Source: Gammaproteobacteria bacterium (GTDB lineage: Bacteria > Pseudomonadota > Gammaproteobacteria > Eutrophobiales > Eutrophobiaceae). From it: a stretch of DNA of 64,000 nt. The translations under genes and the position numbers were made by a program. The stretch covers positions 192,001 through 256,000 of the forward strand of contig CBDCTH010000012.1 of NCBI GenBank assembly GCA_965222155.1, given 5' to 3'. The first letter of the stretch is position 1; the number at the start of each line of letters is the position of its first letter. Below, piece after piece: positions 9,544 to 19,016 of this stretch. The notes under the pieces are model-generated. The model was not told the DNA's origin. It worked only from the letters and a program-made list of their open reading frames with translations, and did no database searches.

Positions 9544-11745
9544 ATGATTTTCTTCTCTAACAAGAACCGGCCCTTTCACTACGGTCCCTATCCCCTTGAG
9601 AGATTGGCCCGGGATAAACACGTGATTGAGCACGAACGCCAGGCGGGACGAGGTGTTCAATCCATTATCGACAACGGCGTATCTTCAAACTATGCCGCCG
9701 CGTTGGAGAAGTATCACGCCATCTTCAAGCAATTCTGTAAAGGTACGGTCGCACCGGCCAAAGCGCCGGTGCCTGACGATCTGGAGAGGCGGTCGATAGA
9801 CGTCAAGGGGGCCGGTTATTTCCTCGACGCCGGCCAGATCGGTATATGCAAGTTGACCGATTCCTGCTGGTATCAAGGCGTAACGCCGGAAAATCACAGT
9901 CACGGGATAGTCGTACTGGCCGAATACAGTCGCTTACCGGAAGAGGACAACCTGGCCCGGCGCTGGCTTGAGGGGTCCATCCATGCCACCGCGCAGATGC
10001 GCGCCTTTGAGGTGGCGGTGGGTATTGCCAACCATATCCGGGCAATGGGGTTTAATGCTACGGCTTACGATGATCGGAATGATCAAATAGATGTCAACCG
10101 GTTGACCGTACTGGCCGGTCTGGGGGCTCGGGATAACGGACAGGTCGTCAATCCTTACCTGGGTGCCGACTTCTCGGTCGCAGTAGTGACCACGGATTAT
10201 GCACTCGCAACGCACAAACCGCTGGCCGCCAACGCAAAAAACGGCAGAAACCTGACGTACTGGCTGGGCATCGGCGGCGCCACGTCCGGCCTGGAGAGAT
10301 GGCGCCGCGCCAACCGGCAGACCCACCTCAGCAACTACCCGATGGAACAGGTGAAACGCGTAGACAGGCCCACAACGCTGATCCTGGATGATGAAGTCCC
10401 GCGGGTGCCGAAACGGGCTGGTTTCTTCGAAAGGGCAATTCATGGCGACCTGGATAAGAAAGCGCAGGTGGAACGCCAGCGTTTTTCCTTCAAACACCCG
10501 TTTGCCGCAGCCATGCTGAAGCAGATTCGCGGGATGGTGCCGCACCAGGATGGACCCGTGGCAACGACGCAGGCAAGTGACATAAATGATCCCGAGGCCA
10601 ATACAAAAGCGCTCAAATCATTGTCATACGCCCTGGGGTCGGAGATAACCGGTATTTGTGAGATACCCGAGTATGCCTGGTATTCGCATAAGGAAGACGG
10701 TTCCGAGATCAAACCGTACCATAAATACGCCGTCGTGTGCTTGATCGATCAGGGCTTTGATACCATGGAAGGGGCCTCCGGTGATGATTTCATTTCCGGG
10801 GCGCAATCCATGCGCGCCTACATGCGCGGGGCCTTGATTGCCGGCATCATGGCTGAACATATACGCTCACTTGGTTATCCCGCCCGGCCGCAAACCAACG
10901 CGGACTCCCATGTGCTGCATATTCCCCTGGTCATGTGGGCGGGGCTGGGGGAACTCAGCCGTATCGGTGAACTGGTACTCAACCCGTTTATCGGCCCGCG
11001 TTTCAAGACGGTCGTCATGACCACCGATTTGCCGCTGGTTCCCGATAAACCCGTTGACTTCGGTTTACAGTATTTTTGCTCCAACTGCCTTAAATGCGCG
11101 CGGGAATGTCCCTGCGATGCCATACCCTTCGGTGATAAGGTGATGTTTAACGGTTATGAGATATGGAAGCCGGACGTCGAGCGTTGCACCCGTTATCGCC
11201 TGACCAATCAACGCGGGCTTGCCTGCGGCCGTTGCATGAAGACCTGTCCGCTGAACAAGGTTATCAACTGGGACGGCCCCATCGCCACACAGATAGCAAG
11301 CTGGTGTGGAGTAAACGCATTCTGGCTGAAGCCCTTGCTGGTACCGATAGCGGTAAAGCTGGATGATTTGCTGGGTCACGGCGTGCGCAACCCGGCAAAG
11401 AAGTGGTGGCTGGACCTGGAGATAGTCGATGACGTCTGTATCCACCCGCGTAAAGGCGTGAATCAACGGGACCTGGACGTCAACCGTAAAATTGACGTAA
11501 AAAAACATAAAGTCGCTTACTATCACGCCGATATGATGCCGCCACCGAACAGTTCAGGCATCGCCATGATGGTGAAAAGAAAAGACGGTCTTACCGCCGC
11601 GATCAAAGTCGAAACAGTCGAACAGGCCCTGGCGCGTAAAGCCAGCGGCGGTCCCGTTCCGGAACATTACATCCCTACGCCCCCCATGGACACTAACGAT
11701 ACACCGAAGGAGGATGTTTCCACGTTCAACCCTTATCATAATTGA
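9544..11745 (+). CDS. rdhA: Catabolic (non-respiratory) cobalamin-dependent reductive dehalogenase, NpRdhA/BhbA-like
   Basis: FSNKNRPFHYGPYPLERL N-terminus, AGLGELSRIGELVLNPFIGPRFK, Fe-S motifs FCSNCLKCARECPCDAI and CGRCMKTCP; no Tat signal, no rdhB. Confidence 0.88.
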   Translation: MIFFSNKNRPFHYGPYPLERLARDKHVIEHERQAGRGVQSIIDNGVSSNYAAALEKYHAIFKQFCKGTVAPAKAPVPDDLERRSIDVKGAGYFLDAGQIGICKLTDSCWYQGVTPENHSHGIVVLAEYSRLPEEDNLARRWLEGSIHATAQMRAFEVAVGIANHIRAMGFNATAYDDRNDQIDVNRLTVLAGLGARDNGQVVNPYLGADFSVAVVTTDYALATHKPLAANAKNGRNLTYWLGIGGATSGLERWRRANRQTHLSNYPMEQVKRVDRPTTLILDDEVPRVPKRAGFFERAIHGDLDKKAQVERQRFSFKHPFAAAMLKQIRGMVPHQDGPVATTQASDINDPEANTKALKSLSYALGSEITGICEIPEYAWYSHKEDGSEIKPYHKYAVVCLIDQGFDTMEGASGDDFISGAQSMRAYMRGALIAGIMAEHIRSLGYPARPQTNADSHVLHIPLVMWAGLGELSRIGELVLNPFIGPRFKTVVMTTDLPLVPDKPVDFGLQYFCSNCLKCARECPCDAIPFGDKVMFNGYEIWKPDVERCTRYRLTNQRGLACGRCMKTCPLNKVINWDGPIATQIASWCGVNAFWLKPLLVPIAVKLDDLLGHGVRNPAKKWWLDLEIVDDVCIHPRKGVNQRDLDVNRKIDVKKHKVAYYHADMMPPPNSSGIAMMVKRKDGLTAAIKVETVEQALARKASGGPVPEHYIPTPPMDTNDTPKEDVSTFNPYHN

Positions 11746-11762
11746 GCCTGTATAATAAACTG

Positions 11763-11952
11763 CAGGTGCTTCTGCTAACTCATAAAACCCATTAAAATCA
11801 ATTGGTTATACTGAAAAATATTTCTCGTAAACTTTTCGGTATTTGAGGTGATCTCAAAAGGCTGCGGCAAACTGAAAAACCTGTTATTAATTAATGCAGT
11901 TACAAGCAATTCGCGGTTGACGGCAGACATTGAAAATTAGCGGGAGCACCTG
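11763..11952. mobile_element. MITE with family-A termini but an unrelated AT-rich interior
   Basis: CAGGTGCTTCTGCTAA...TTAGCGGGAGCACCTG; perfect 9-bp TSD AATAAACTG (11754-11762 / 11953-11961). Confidence 0.9.
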
Positions 11953-11963
11953 AATAAACTGTA

Positions 11964-12063
11964 GGGAACCTCTATTTATTCACAAATTGATATATTAGCG
12001 GTCAATGATTTCAATAAGTTAGCGACCCTGTGTATCGAAAAATGTCAATTATTAGAGGTTCCC
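11964..12063. mobile_element. 100-bp IS5-derived MITE
   Basis: TIR GGGAACCTCTA...TAGAGGTTCCC, TGTA duplicated on both sides; right end matches the IS5 end at 5487-5506 at 19/20 nt. Confidence 0.88.
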
Positions 12064-12138
12064 TGTAGACTTTGGGACAAAAGATTTTTATGCTTATCCT
12101 GGAAATAGTAAACTGGGCTGGCTACAGGTTTAATTGCA

Positions 12139-13467
12139 ATGGACTCGAATAACACCCCTCTCCTGAATAACGGACAATATCTCAATTTGTTGCAGGATGC
12201 ATTGCGTACTGATTTGGATTTTCATGGCACAAGCGGCAAACACTCGACCCATGGCTGGCATCCTTTTCCAGCAAAGTTTCCACCACAACTGCCACAGTTC
12301 TTTATTGAAAATCTTTCAAATAAGAATGAGGTAGTCTTTGATCCCATGTATGGTTCAGGCACCACGCTGGTGGAGGCTACTCGTTTGGGGCGGCGTGCAA
12401 TTGGCTGTGACATTGACCCTTTGGCACAGATGATCACAGAAGCGAAGTTAGTTGCGCTTAACCCGGTGAAAACACTGGAGACCGGATACCAAATCCTCGC
12501 TTCGGCACAGCGTGACTTTCATTATGACCGGGATCAATTGGAACTGGAATTAAATCAACGCTTTAACACAAAAACACGGGAATTTATTGATTACTGGTTT
12601 TTACCCCAGCAGCAATTGGAATTGCTTGCGCTTTTGCAGGGTATAGAAGCAATACAGCAGGATGAAATGCAGAAATTCTTCAAAATGATTTTTTCAGCAA
12701 CAATCATTGCGAAATCCGGAGGAGTCTCCCTGGCGCGTGATTTAGCCCATACTCGCCCACATAAGGTATCTGAGAAAAAACCAAACTCGGCGTTCGTCGA
12801 ATTTATCAAGCGATTAAAATATAATCTGGCTTGTTATACAAAAGATTCAACTGGTTATCCTCTTCAGGATCTGATAGCAAGACAACAAGTTGAGCTCCGG
12901 GCCGCAAACGCGGATAAAACCGGCATACCTTCTTCAAGTGTTGATTTGATAGTTACGTCTCCTCCTTATGCGAATAATGCGATTGACTACATGCGCGCGC
13001 ATAAATTTTCCCTGGTTTGGTTTGGTTGGAAAATCGAGGACCTTACAAAGATTCGAGCGCGATACCTGGGACATGATGCCACTAACGGTGCTCGGTTTGA
13101 GCATTTGCCCCGGCAATGTGAAAAAACTCTTACCAGACTTACTAAGCTTGATTATAAAAAAGCTGCGGCTTTACGCCGGTATTTTGGCGAGATGTCGGCC
13201 GTGATTAATGAGATGAAGCGAGTTTTGAAAAGTGGCAGAGCAGCCGTCATTGTAGTTGGGACTTCCAATTTAAGAGGCATAGACGTTGAGACTCAGAAAG
13301 GACTTGCTGCTATTGGTGAAAATGTCGGTTTCAATTTGGTGGGGACCGGTGTTCGTCGTCTGGACCGGGACAGGCGGATGATGCCGGCACGCTGGGGTAA
13401 AGAGCAACGTTCACAAATTGAGAAAAGGATGCATGAAGAATATGTAATTGGTTTGATAAAACCATGA
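12139..13467 (+). CDS. Amino-type DNA methyltransferase (probably N4-cytosine)
   Basis: HPFPAKFPPQL, FDPMYGSGTT (SAM binding) preceding VTSPPY (catalytic). Confidence 0.9.
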   Translation: MDSNNTPLLNNGQYLNLLQDALRTDLDFHGTSGKHSTHGWHPFPAKFPPQLPQFFIENLSNKNEVVFDPMYGSGTTLVEATRLGRRAIGCDIDPLAQMITEAKLVALNPVKTLETGYQILASAQRDFHYDRDQLELELNQRFNTKTREFIDYWFLPQQQLELLALLQGIEAIQQDEMQKFFKMIFSATIIAKSGGVSLARDLAHTRPHKVSEKKPNSAFVEFIKRLKYNLACYTKDSTGYPLQDLIARQQVELRAANADKTGIPSSSVDLIVTSPPYANNAIDYMRAHKFSLVWFGWKIEDLTKIRARYLGHDATNGARFEHLPRQCEKTLTRLTKLDYKKAAALRRYFGEMSAVINEMKRVLKSGRAAVIVVGTSNLRGIDVETQKGLAAIGENVGFNLVGTGVRRLDRDRRMMPARWGKEQRSQIEKRMHEEYVIGLIKP

Positions 13468-14312
13468 CTCCAGGAAAGATCGAAGAATTGCGACGCGAGT
13501 ATCATCGCCGGATTTGCACTGAAGTGTTGCACAAAAGCGAAACTGGGGTCCCGAACAATGCAGATAGAGCAAGTGCTGCAAGTGTTGAAATTGGTAAGGG
13601 TATTGTGGACCACATCGGAATTGATGTACAAACTGGCAGTCTGCCTGGACAAACAGCTGGGAGACGCTTCGAGAACGCCACCATGAATTTTTTGCGAAAT
13701 GCGTTCAAGTTATTACACCATTTACGCCCGGGGAAGTGGGAATTTTCTGTAGGTGGTAAGATCCGCGAGTACGAACAATATCAGCACTTATCCGATGTAT
13801 CGCGAGCAATTAAAGAAAATGAAGCATTGCGGACTGTTTTTGGAGATTATATCGTTACTCCAGACATTGTGGTTGGTCGCAAACCAGACAAGGATGAGAC
13901 AATCAATCAGAACGATATTTTATTAAGCGGCGACGAAATTGCTGCTTATACGCCACTACGCTGGGCGAATTCACGATTGGATATATTGCATGCCAGCATT
14001 TCTTGCAAATGGACGATTCGTAGCGATCGATCACAAAATGCACGTACAGAAGGATTAAATTTGATACGCAATCGCAAGGGCAAAACACCGCACATTGCTG
14101 TCGTTACTGGCGAACCTTTACCTGGACGAATCGCCTCGCTCGCTTATGGTATTGGTGATATAGATTGTGTTTACCATTTCGCGTTACGCGAGTTGATAGA
14201 AGCAACCAAAGATAATGCTTCAGGCTCCGATTCGGAGGATACACTGAATACACTGGTGTCTGGCAAACGCCTACGAGATATTAGCGATTTACCGTTCGAT
14301 TTGGCAATTTAG
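13464..14312 (+). CDS. NgoMIV-family type II restriction endonuclease
   Basis: DYIVTPDIVV, HASISCKWTIRSDRSQNARTEGLNLIRNRKG, EPLPGRIASLAYGIGDIDCVYH; 4-bp overlap with the MTase. Confidence 0.9.
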   Translation: MTPGKIEELRREYHRRICTEVLHKSETGVPNNADRASAASVEIGKGIVDHIGIDVQTGSLPGQTAGRRFENATMNFLRNAFKLLHHLRPGKWEFSVGGKIREYEQYQHLSDVSRAIKENEALRTVFGDYIVTPDIVVGRKPDKDETINQNDILLSGDEIAAYTPLRWANSRLDILHASISCKWTIRSDRSQNARTEGLNLIRNRKGKTPHIAVVTGEPLPGRIASLAYGIGDIDCVYHFALRELIEATKDNASGSDSEDTLNTLVSGKRLRDISDLPFDLAI

Positions 14313-14388
14313 TTGTAAAAGCCTTGATTTGATCTGCTATCGCACTTGGAAAAATGGATGAGGCTTCGGCTTTTCCATGTTGATAATC

Positions 14389-14428
14389 TGATACAAAAAT
14401 ATTGATATTCTTGATAAATATTGTATCA
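14389..14428. promoter_or_regulatory. PaaX operator upstream of paaA
   Basis: TGATACA-N26-TGTATCA palindrome, matching the GATACA-N26-TGTATC arrangement I recall for Pseudomonas PaaX; paaX is present in the window. Confidence 0.75.
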
Positions 14429-14461
14429 TTAAATACAGGATAACACCAAGGTGAAAAACAG

Positions 14462-15412
14462 ATGACCAATACGGCGACGTTGTCAGAGGTCTTTCAGGCC
14501 CGGATAGATGCCGAGGAGAAAATCGAACCCCGGGACTGGATGCCGGATTCCTACCGGAAAACCCTGATCAGGCAGATATCGCAACATGCCCACTCGGAAA
14601 TAGTCGGCCAGTTGCCGGAGGGGAACTGGATCACGCGGGCGCCGTCGTTGCGGCGTAAGGCAATCCTGCTGGCCAAGGTACAGGATGAAGCCGGCCATGG
14701 CCTGTATTTATACTGTGCGGCGGAAACTCTGGGTATCTCCAGGGAGCGGATGCTTGAACAACTGCATTCCGGCAAGGCCAGGTATTCCAGCATTTTTAAT
14801 TATCCGACCCTGACCTGGGCGGATATAGGCGCCATTGGCTGGCTGGTTGATTCAGCTGCCATCATCAACCAGATTCCCTTGTGCCGTTGTTCTTACGGGC
14901 CGTATGCCCGGGCCATGGTGCGGATTTGCAAGGAAGAGAGTTTTCACATGCGTCAGGGTTATGAATTGCTGATGGCGCTTTGTCAGGGAGCTGAGGAGCA
15001 AAAAGCGATGGCGCAGGATGCAGTGAACAGGTGGTGGTGGCCGTCGTTGATGATGTTCGGTCCCAGTGACGCTGATTCCATACATTCCGCCCAATCCATG
15101 CAATGGAAAATCAAGCGCAACAGTAATGATGAGTTGCGCCAGAAGTTCGTGGATCAATCCGTTCCCCAGGCCGAATACCTGGACCTGACACTGCCTGACC
15201 CCGCTCTGAAGTGGAATGCAGAGCGCGGGCATTATGATTTCGGTGAAATCAACTGGGGCGAATTTTACCAGGTCATTAACGGCAACGGCCCTTGTAATCA
15301 TGAGCGTTTGAGCGTCCGTATCCGGGCCCATGAAGACGGCGCCTGGGTACGGGAAGCTGCCCTGGCCTATGCGGATAAGCAACGGCAACGAACCAATAAA
15401 GTCGCAGCATAG
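14462..15412 (+). CDS. paaA: Phenylacetyl-CoA 1,2-epoxidase subunit A
   Basis: [51 protein letters not shown]. Confidence 0.97.
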   Translation: MTNTATLSEVFQARIDAEEKIEPRDWMPDSYRKTLIRQISQHAHSEIVGQLPEGNWITRAPSLRRKAILLAKVQDEAGHGLYLYCAAETLGISRERMLEQLHSGKARYSSIFNYPTLTWADIGAIGWLVDSAAIINQIPLCRCSYGPYARAMVRICKEESFHMRQGYELLMALCQGAEEQKAMAQDAVNRWWWPSLMMFGPSDADSIHSAQSMQWKIKRNSNDELRQKFVDQSVPQAEYLDLTLPDPALKWNAERGHYDFGEINWGEFYQVINGNGPCNHERLSVRIRAHEDGAWVREAALAYADKQRQRTNKVAA

Positions 15413-15422
15413 GAGGGAATCA

Positions 15423-15716
15423 ATGGTGGATAAAGCCCGACGTTTACCCCTCTGGGAGGTTTTCATTCGCAGCAAGCGGGGACTGGACCACAAACATGCC
15501 GGCAGCATTCACGCGGCCGACGCTGAACAGGCCCTGCAATACGCTCGAGACACCTATACCCGTCGGAATGAAGGGTGCAGCATCTGGGTGGTGAAGTCGG
15601 CAGATATCATCGCCAGCCAGTTCGAGGACAATAGCAGTTTTTTTGATCCTGCGGCAGATAAGATGATCTATCGCCATCCTACCTTTTATGACGTGCCCGA
15701 GGATCTCAAGCTGTGA
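15423..15716 (+). CDS. paaB: Phenylacetyl-CoA epoxidase subunit B
   Basis: LWEVFIRSKRGLDHKHAGSIHAAD...ARDTYTRRNEGCSIWVV...YRHPTFY; ATG at 15423 after GGAGG. Confidence 0.95.
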   Translation: MVDKARRLPLWEVFIRSKRGLDHKHAGSIHAADAEQALQYARDTYTRRNEGCSIWVVKSADIIASQFEDNSSFFDPAADKMIYRHPTFYDVPEDLKL

Positions 15717-15742
15717 ACACAGGCAGGACAGGTACACATTTT

Positions 15743-15875
15743 GTCATTCCAGCGTTTCCCGGCAGTCCGGCTTTTCGCGTCATTCTGGCGCAAGCCGGAA
15801 CCCAGTTAAATAATCCGGTAATCATAAGGGACTGGATTCCGGCATTCGCCGGAAGGGTGGAGGAACCAGAATGAC
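15743..15875. repeat. REP-like paired palindromes (GTCATTC...GAATGAC type) between paaB and paaC
   Basis: GTCATTCTGGCGCAAGCCGGAACCCAG ... CTGGATTCCGGCATTCGCCGGAA ... GAATGAC; same motif as inside MITE B. Confidence 0.7.
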
Positions 15876-15895
15876 GGCGGAGCGGGGATGGCGCC

Positions 15896-16663
15896 ATGGG
15901 TAGGGAAACTACACAACAGGGTTTATTCCAGTACGTCATAAGACTTGGGGATAATGCCCTGATTAATGGCCAGCGCCTGGCCGAATGGTGTGGTTACGGA
16001 CCCTTTGTGGAACAGGATATAGCCATGACCAATATCGCGCTGGACCTCATTGGACGCGCCCGCATGCTGCTGACTTACGCCGCTGAGGTGGAAGGCGAGG
16101 GGAGAACGGAAGATGATCTTGCTTATTTTCGCAATGAACGGAAATTCCGGAATTTTCTTATCATGGAACTACCAGTGGGTGATTTTGCCTTCACTATGTC
16201 CAGGCAGTTCTTCGTTGACGCGTATGATTATTTCTACTACCAGGCGCTGCAATATTCTGCGGATTCTACCCTGGCCGGCATCGCGGCAAAGACCCTGAAA
16301 GAGTGTGAGTATCATCTGCGCCATAGCGGCGAATGGATGGTTCGTCTGGGTGACGGAACCGAGGAGAGTCATGCAAAAATCAGCAAGGCCATGGCCGAGG
16401 TGATGCCGTTTACTTTCGAGTTTTTCGACGCGGACGAAATCGATCAAACCATGCAGGTAAATCAAATAGGCGTGGACCTGAAAACCGTCGAGACGTTGTG
16501 GAATGAAAAAGTGAATAGCGTACTCAAGGGAGCCACGCTGGAACGGCCGGACATAAAGTTTACTCGCAGCGGCGGACGGCAAGGTTTGCATTCGGAACAT
16601 ATCGGCTACCTGTTGGCTGAAATGCAGTCCCTGCAAAGAGCCTATCCCGGTTTGCAGTGGTAG
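15896..16663 (+). CDS. paaC: Phenylacetyl-CoA epoxidase subunit C
   Basis: LGDNALINGQRLAEWCGYGP, DIAMTNIALDLIGRAR, LAEMQSLQRAYPGLQW. Confidence 0.96.
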   Translation: MGRETTQQGLFQYVIRLGDNALINGQRLAEWCGYGPFVEQDIAMTNIALDLIGRARMLLTYAAEVEGEGRTEDDLAYFRNERKFRNFLIMELPVGDFAFTMSRQFFVDAYDYFYYQALQYSADSTLAGIAAKTLKECEYHLRHSGEWMVRLGDGTEESHAKISKAMAEVMPFTFEFFDADEIDQTMQVNQIGVDLKTVETLWNEKVNSVLKGATLERPDIKFTRSGGRQGLHSEHIGYLLAEMQSLQRAYPGLQW

Positions 16664-16713
16664 AGAAGTTATCATATATGCTTTTACACTGACCCCGAAT
16701 GTGATACTACGCT

Positions 16714-17241
16714 ATGAGTTCCACCTTGGAAACAGTCTCTTTCTCACCTGGTAACGACGTCGAAGACACCGTAAAAGACGCAAGGCACGTTCTTGAGCAC
16801 ATCGTCGATCCCGAAATTCCCGTCCTGACTATTGCGGATTTGGGCATATTACAGGATGTAAGATGGAATGAAGGCAGACTGGAGGTGGTGATTACACCCA
16901 CCTACAGCGGTTGTCCCGCCATGCAGACCATAGAGCATGATATCCTGGAAACCTTGAAGGAAAACGGCTATGGCAACGTCGAAGTGAAAACCCGACTTTT
17001 GCCGGTATGGACGACGGACTGGTTGAGCGAGGCAGGCAGGGAAAAACTGTTGCAATACGGCATTGTCCCGCCGCTGGGTTCGACTGATAAGCAAAGTTTA
17101 CGCACCACCACACGCCTTGAGTGCCCGCGCTGCCGTTCCGGTAACACGGAGAAAATCAGCGAGTTCGGCTCAACCCCGTGCAAGGCCCTGTACCGGTGCA
17201 ACGATTGCCTGGAACCCTTCGACTATTTCAAATGTATATAG
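16714..17241 (+). CDS. paaD: Phenylacetyl-CoA epoxidase subunit D (DUF59)
   Basis: DPEIPVLTIADLGI, TPTYSGCPAM, CPRC...FGSTPCKALYRCNDCLEPFDYFKCI. Confidence 0.96.
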   Translation: MSSTLETVSFSPGNDVEDTVKDARHVLEHIVDPEIPVLTIADLGILQDVRWNEGRLEVVITPTYSGCPAMQTIEHDILETLKENGYGNVEVKTRLLPVWTTDWLSEAGREKLLQYGIVPPLGSTDKQSLRTTTRLECPRCRSGNTEKISEFGSTPCKALYRCNDCLEPFDYFKCI

Positions 17242-17242
17242 A

Positions 17243-17407
17243 CAGGGCAAACGCATACTTTTGAATTCAGATGTTTTTGCCCGATTCCGTCATTCTGGCG
17301 CAGGCCAGAATCCAGTGAATAACCCTTCATTACCCTGAGCATGCGCTGTTGTTTGACTGGATGCTGGCATTCGCCAGCATGACGGGCGGTGTTTTCCGGT
17401 TGCCCTG
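17243..17407. mobile_element. MITE family B (ISAs1-like ends), shortened copy
   Basis: CAGGGCAAACGCATAC...GGTTGCCCTG; perfect 10-bp TSD TGTATATAGA; lacks ~40 bp between two CGGTTG motifs relative to the 50121 and 57095 copies. Confidence 0.9.
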
Positions 17408-17581
17408 TGTATATAGAAGCCACTGGAATTGGCTTACTGCCTCCGCTGGCGTATTATAAGCAACTCACACAAGATGTCTGATTTTGTCTCGCATATATTG
17501 AACCTGGATACACGATTGGTTTTGCTCCTCTCTGCCGGATGGACTGCACATCCTGCGCGACCAGGTCTTGCGGGCTAGCGC

Positions 17582-18613
17582 TTATATAATGATCTCCAAC
17601 GCTCTTCGAAATTCCAGAGGTGACAGACCGGTCCATTCTTTAAATGCCCGCGTAAAGGCGCTGGCTTCGGTGTAGCCAACCTTTTCAGCGATGTTTTCGA
17701 TACTGCTATGGTCATGACTTAAATGGTGCACTGCTATATCTCGCCTGACTTGTAATTTTATATCGTGATAACTGGTTCTTTCCTCATGCAAGCGTCGCCG
17801 TAAAGTTTGTGGAGCAAAGTCCAGTAATGACGCCAGGTGTTCCAATGTGGGTAAACTTCTATCTTTCGTTAAGCTCGCGTGTACCTGTTTTCTAACCGCA
17901 CGGGTTAACTCGCCGGAGAGATCCTGTGGCAGAAACACATCCAGGGGTGCACGGCGAACATAGTTCTCCACACTTGCTTCATTCTGAATGATGGGGTTAT
18001 TGAGATAATCCGCACTAAAGCCCATACTGCTTTTTGACTGATTGTACAGTACGGGTGCGCCATAATAGAGGTAATGATGTTCATCGCGATAGTCTGGTGG
18101 TGGAAAACCCAGTTTTATTTGGTCCAGTGGAACATAGTCACCGCACAGCCAACCAATAAAGCGATGCGCCACAGTCAGGTGCATGTCAGTCATTGAGCAG
18201 TCGGCGATCTTTTGTCCTGGGAGCTGAGTAATCTCAACATTTGCACTTCGCCCAGTTATGTGTAACTCAAGCCTGATACTATTTTTACGCACGTTGACAT
18301 GTTCGAGGAAGCGTTGCAGGGCGCGCCCCAGAGTCCGCAGGTGAACTGTGGCCAATGCCGTGAGTCGAAAACTCCCCAAATCGACTGGTCGATCCAACTT
18401 GCCATGTGTTTCATCCTGCAGCGCCAGCCTGCAGTAGTTCAGCAACCTGGCCGCCTTTTCCACCGGCAGGCGTGTTCCCGCGCGCTCCAGTTCGCTGCGA
18501 CTGATGCCGGATTTAAGTAACAAGGGCTCCAGGTCTAAACCAGTATCCTGTGCGTCACGCAGCAAGCAATGAATATAGCGAGAAGCAATAGTCGGCGTAG
18601 TGTTTGTTTGCAT
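17582..18613 (-). CDS. AraC-family transcriptional regulator (OruR-like, ~340 aa)
   Basis: C-terminal HTH QTLRRRLHEE...IAEKVGYTEASAFTRAFKEWTGLSPLEFR; divergent from the thiolase operon. Confidence 0.93.
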   Translation of the reverse strand: MQTNTTPTIASRYIHCLLRDAQDTGLDLEPLLLKSGISRSELERAGTRLPVEKAARLLNYCRLALQDETHGKLDRPVDLGSFRLTALATVHLRTLGRALQRFLEHVNVRKNSIRLELHITGRSANVEITQLPGQKIADCSMTDMHLTVAHRFIGWLCGDYVPLDQIKLGFPPPDYRDEHHYLYYGAPVLYNQSKSSMGFSADYLNNPIIQNEASVENYVRRAPLDVFLPQDLSGELTRAVRKQVHASLTKDRSLPTLEHLASLLDFAPQTLRRRLHEERTSYHDIKLQVRRDIAVHHLSHDHSSIENIAEKVGYTEASAFTRAFKEWTGLSPLEFRRALEIII

Positions 18614-18874
18614 ATGGATTTACAGCTGTATCAGCCCCAAATTCTCATTAAAGAGTTAAATAAGACCGCGTCTCCTGGCATCGATGTTGTGTGATCAATC
18701 AGCTACAACAGCTGGGGACAGCGACCTTATGCACATAGAGTATACCAAAAAATTGTCTGAACTTGGACAGTAACGTGAATTTCACGGACTGAAACGGCGT
18801 GACGTGGTCGAAGGAGCGCCATTGCCGGACCTTCAAGAGTTGGTCCTGCGAACGGCGCGTGGAAAGCGCAAGGA

Positions 18875-18920
18875 TTGTCAATTTTTGCTAAATATGACAG
18901 GTATTTTCGTCATGGTTTAC
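18875..18920 (+). promoter_or_regulatory. Conserved upstream motif (candidate AraC site), shared with 39262-39313 and 47861-47916
   Basis: TTGTCAATTTTTGCTAAATATGACAGGTATTTTCGTCATGGTTTAC aligns to the reverse complements of the two TonB-receptor upstream regions. Confidence 0.5.
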
Positions 18921-19016
18921 ATCGGGTCGCTTAAATGATAATAACTCCCTGTTCACTTTCGAATGCCATAATTGCGTTCCCTGACTGAATTAGCACATAA
19001 CGAACAGGAGTAAAAC

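Noticed and set aside
18783-18875. Coding-like stretch HGLKRRDVVEGAPLPDLQELVLRTARGKRK in the araC-thiolase gap
   Set aside because: Too short, with no start or recognisable family; cannot be supported without a search.
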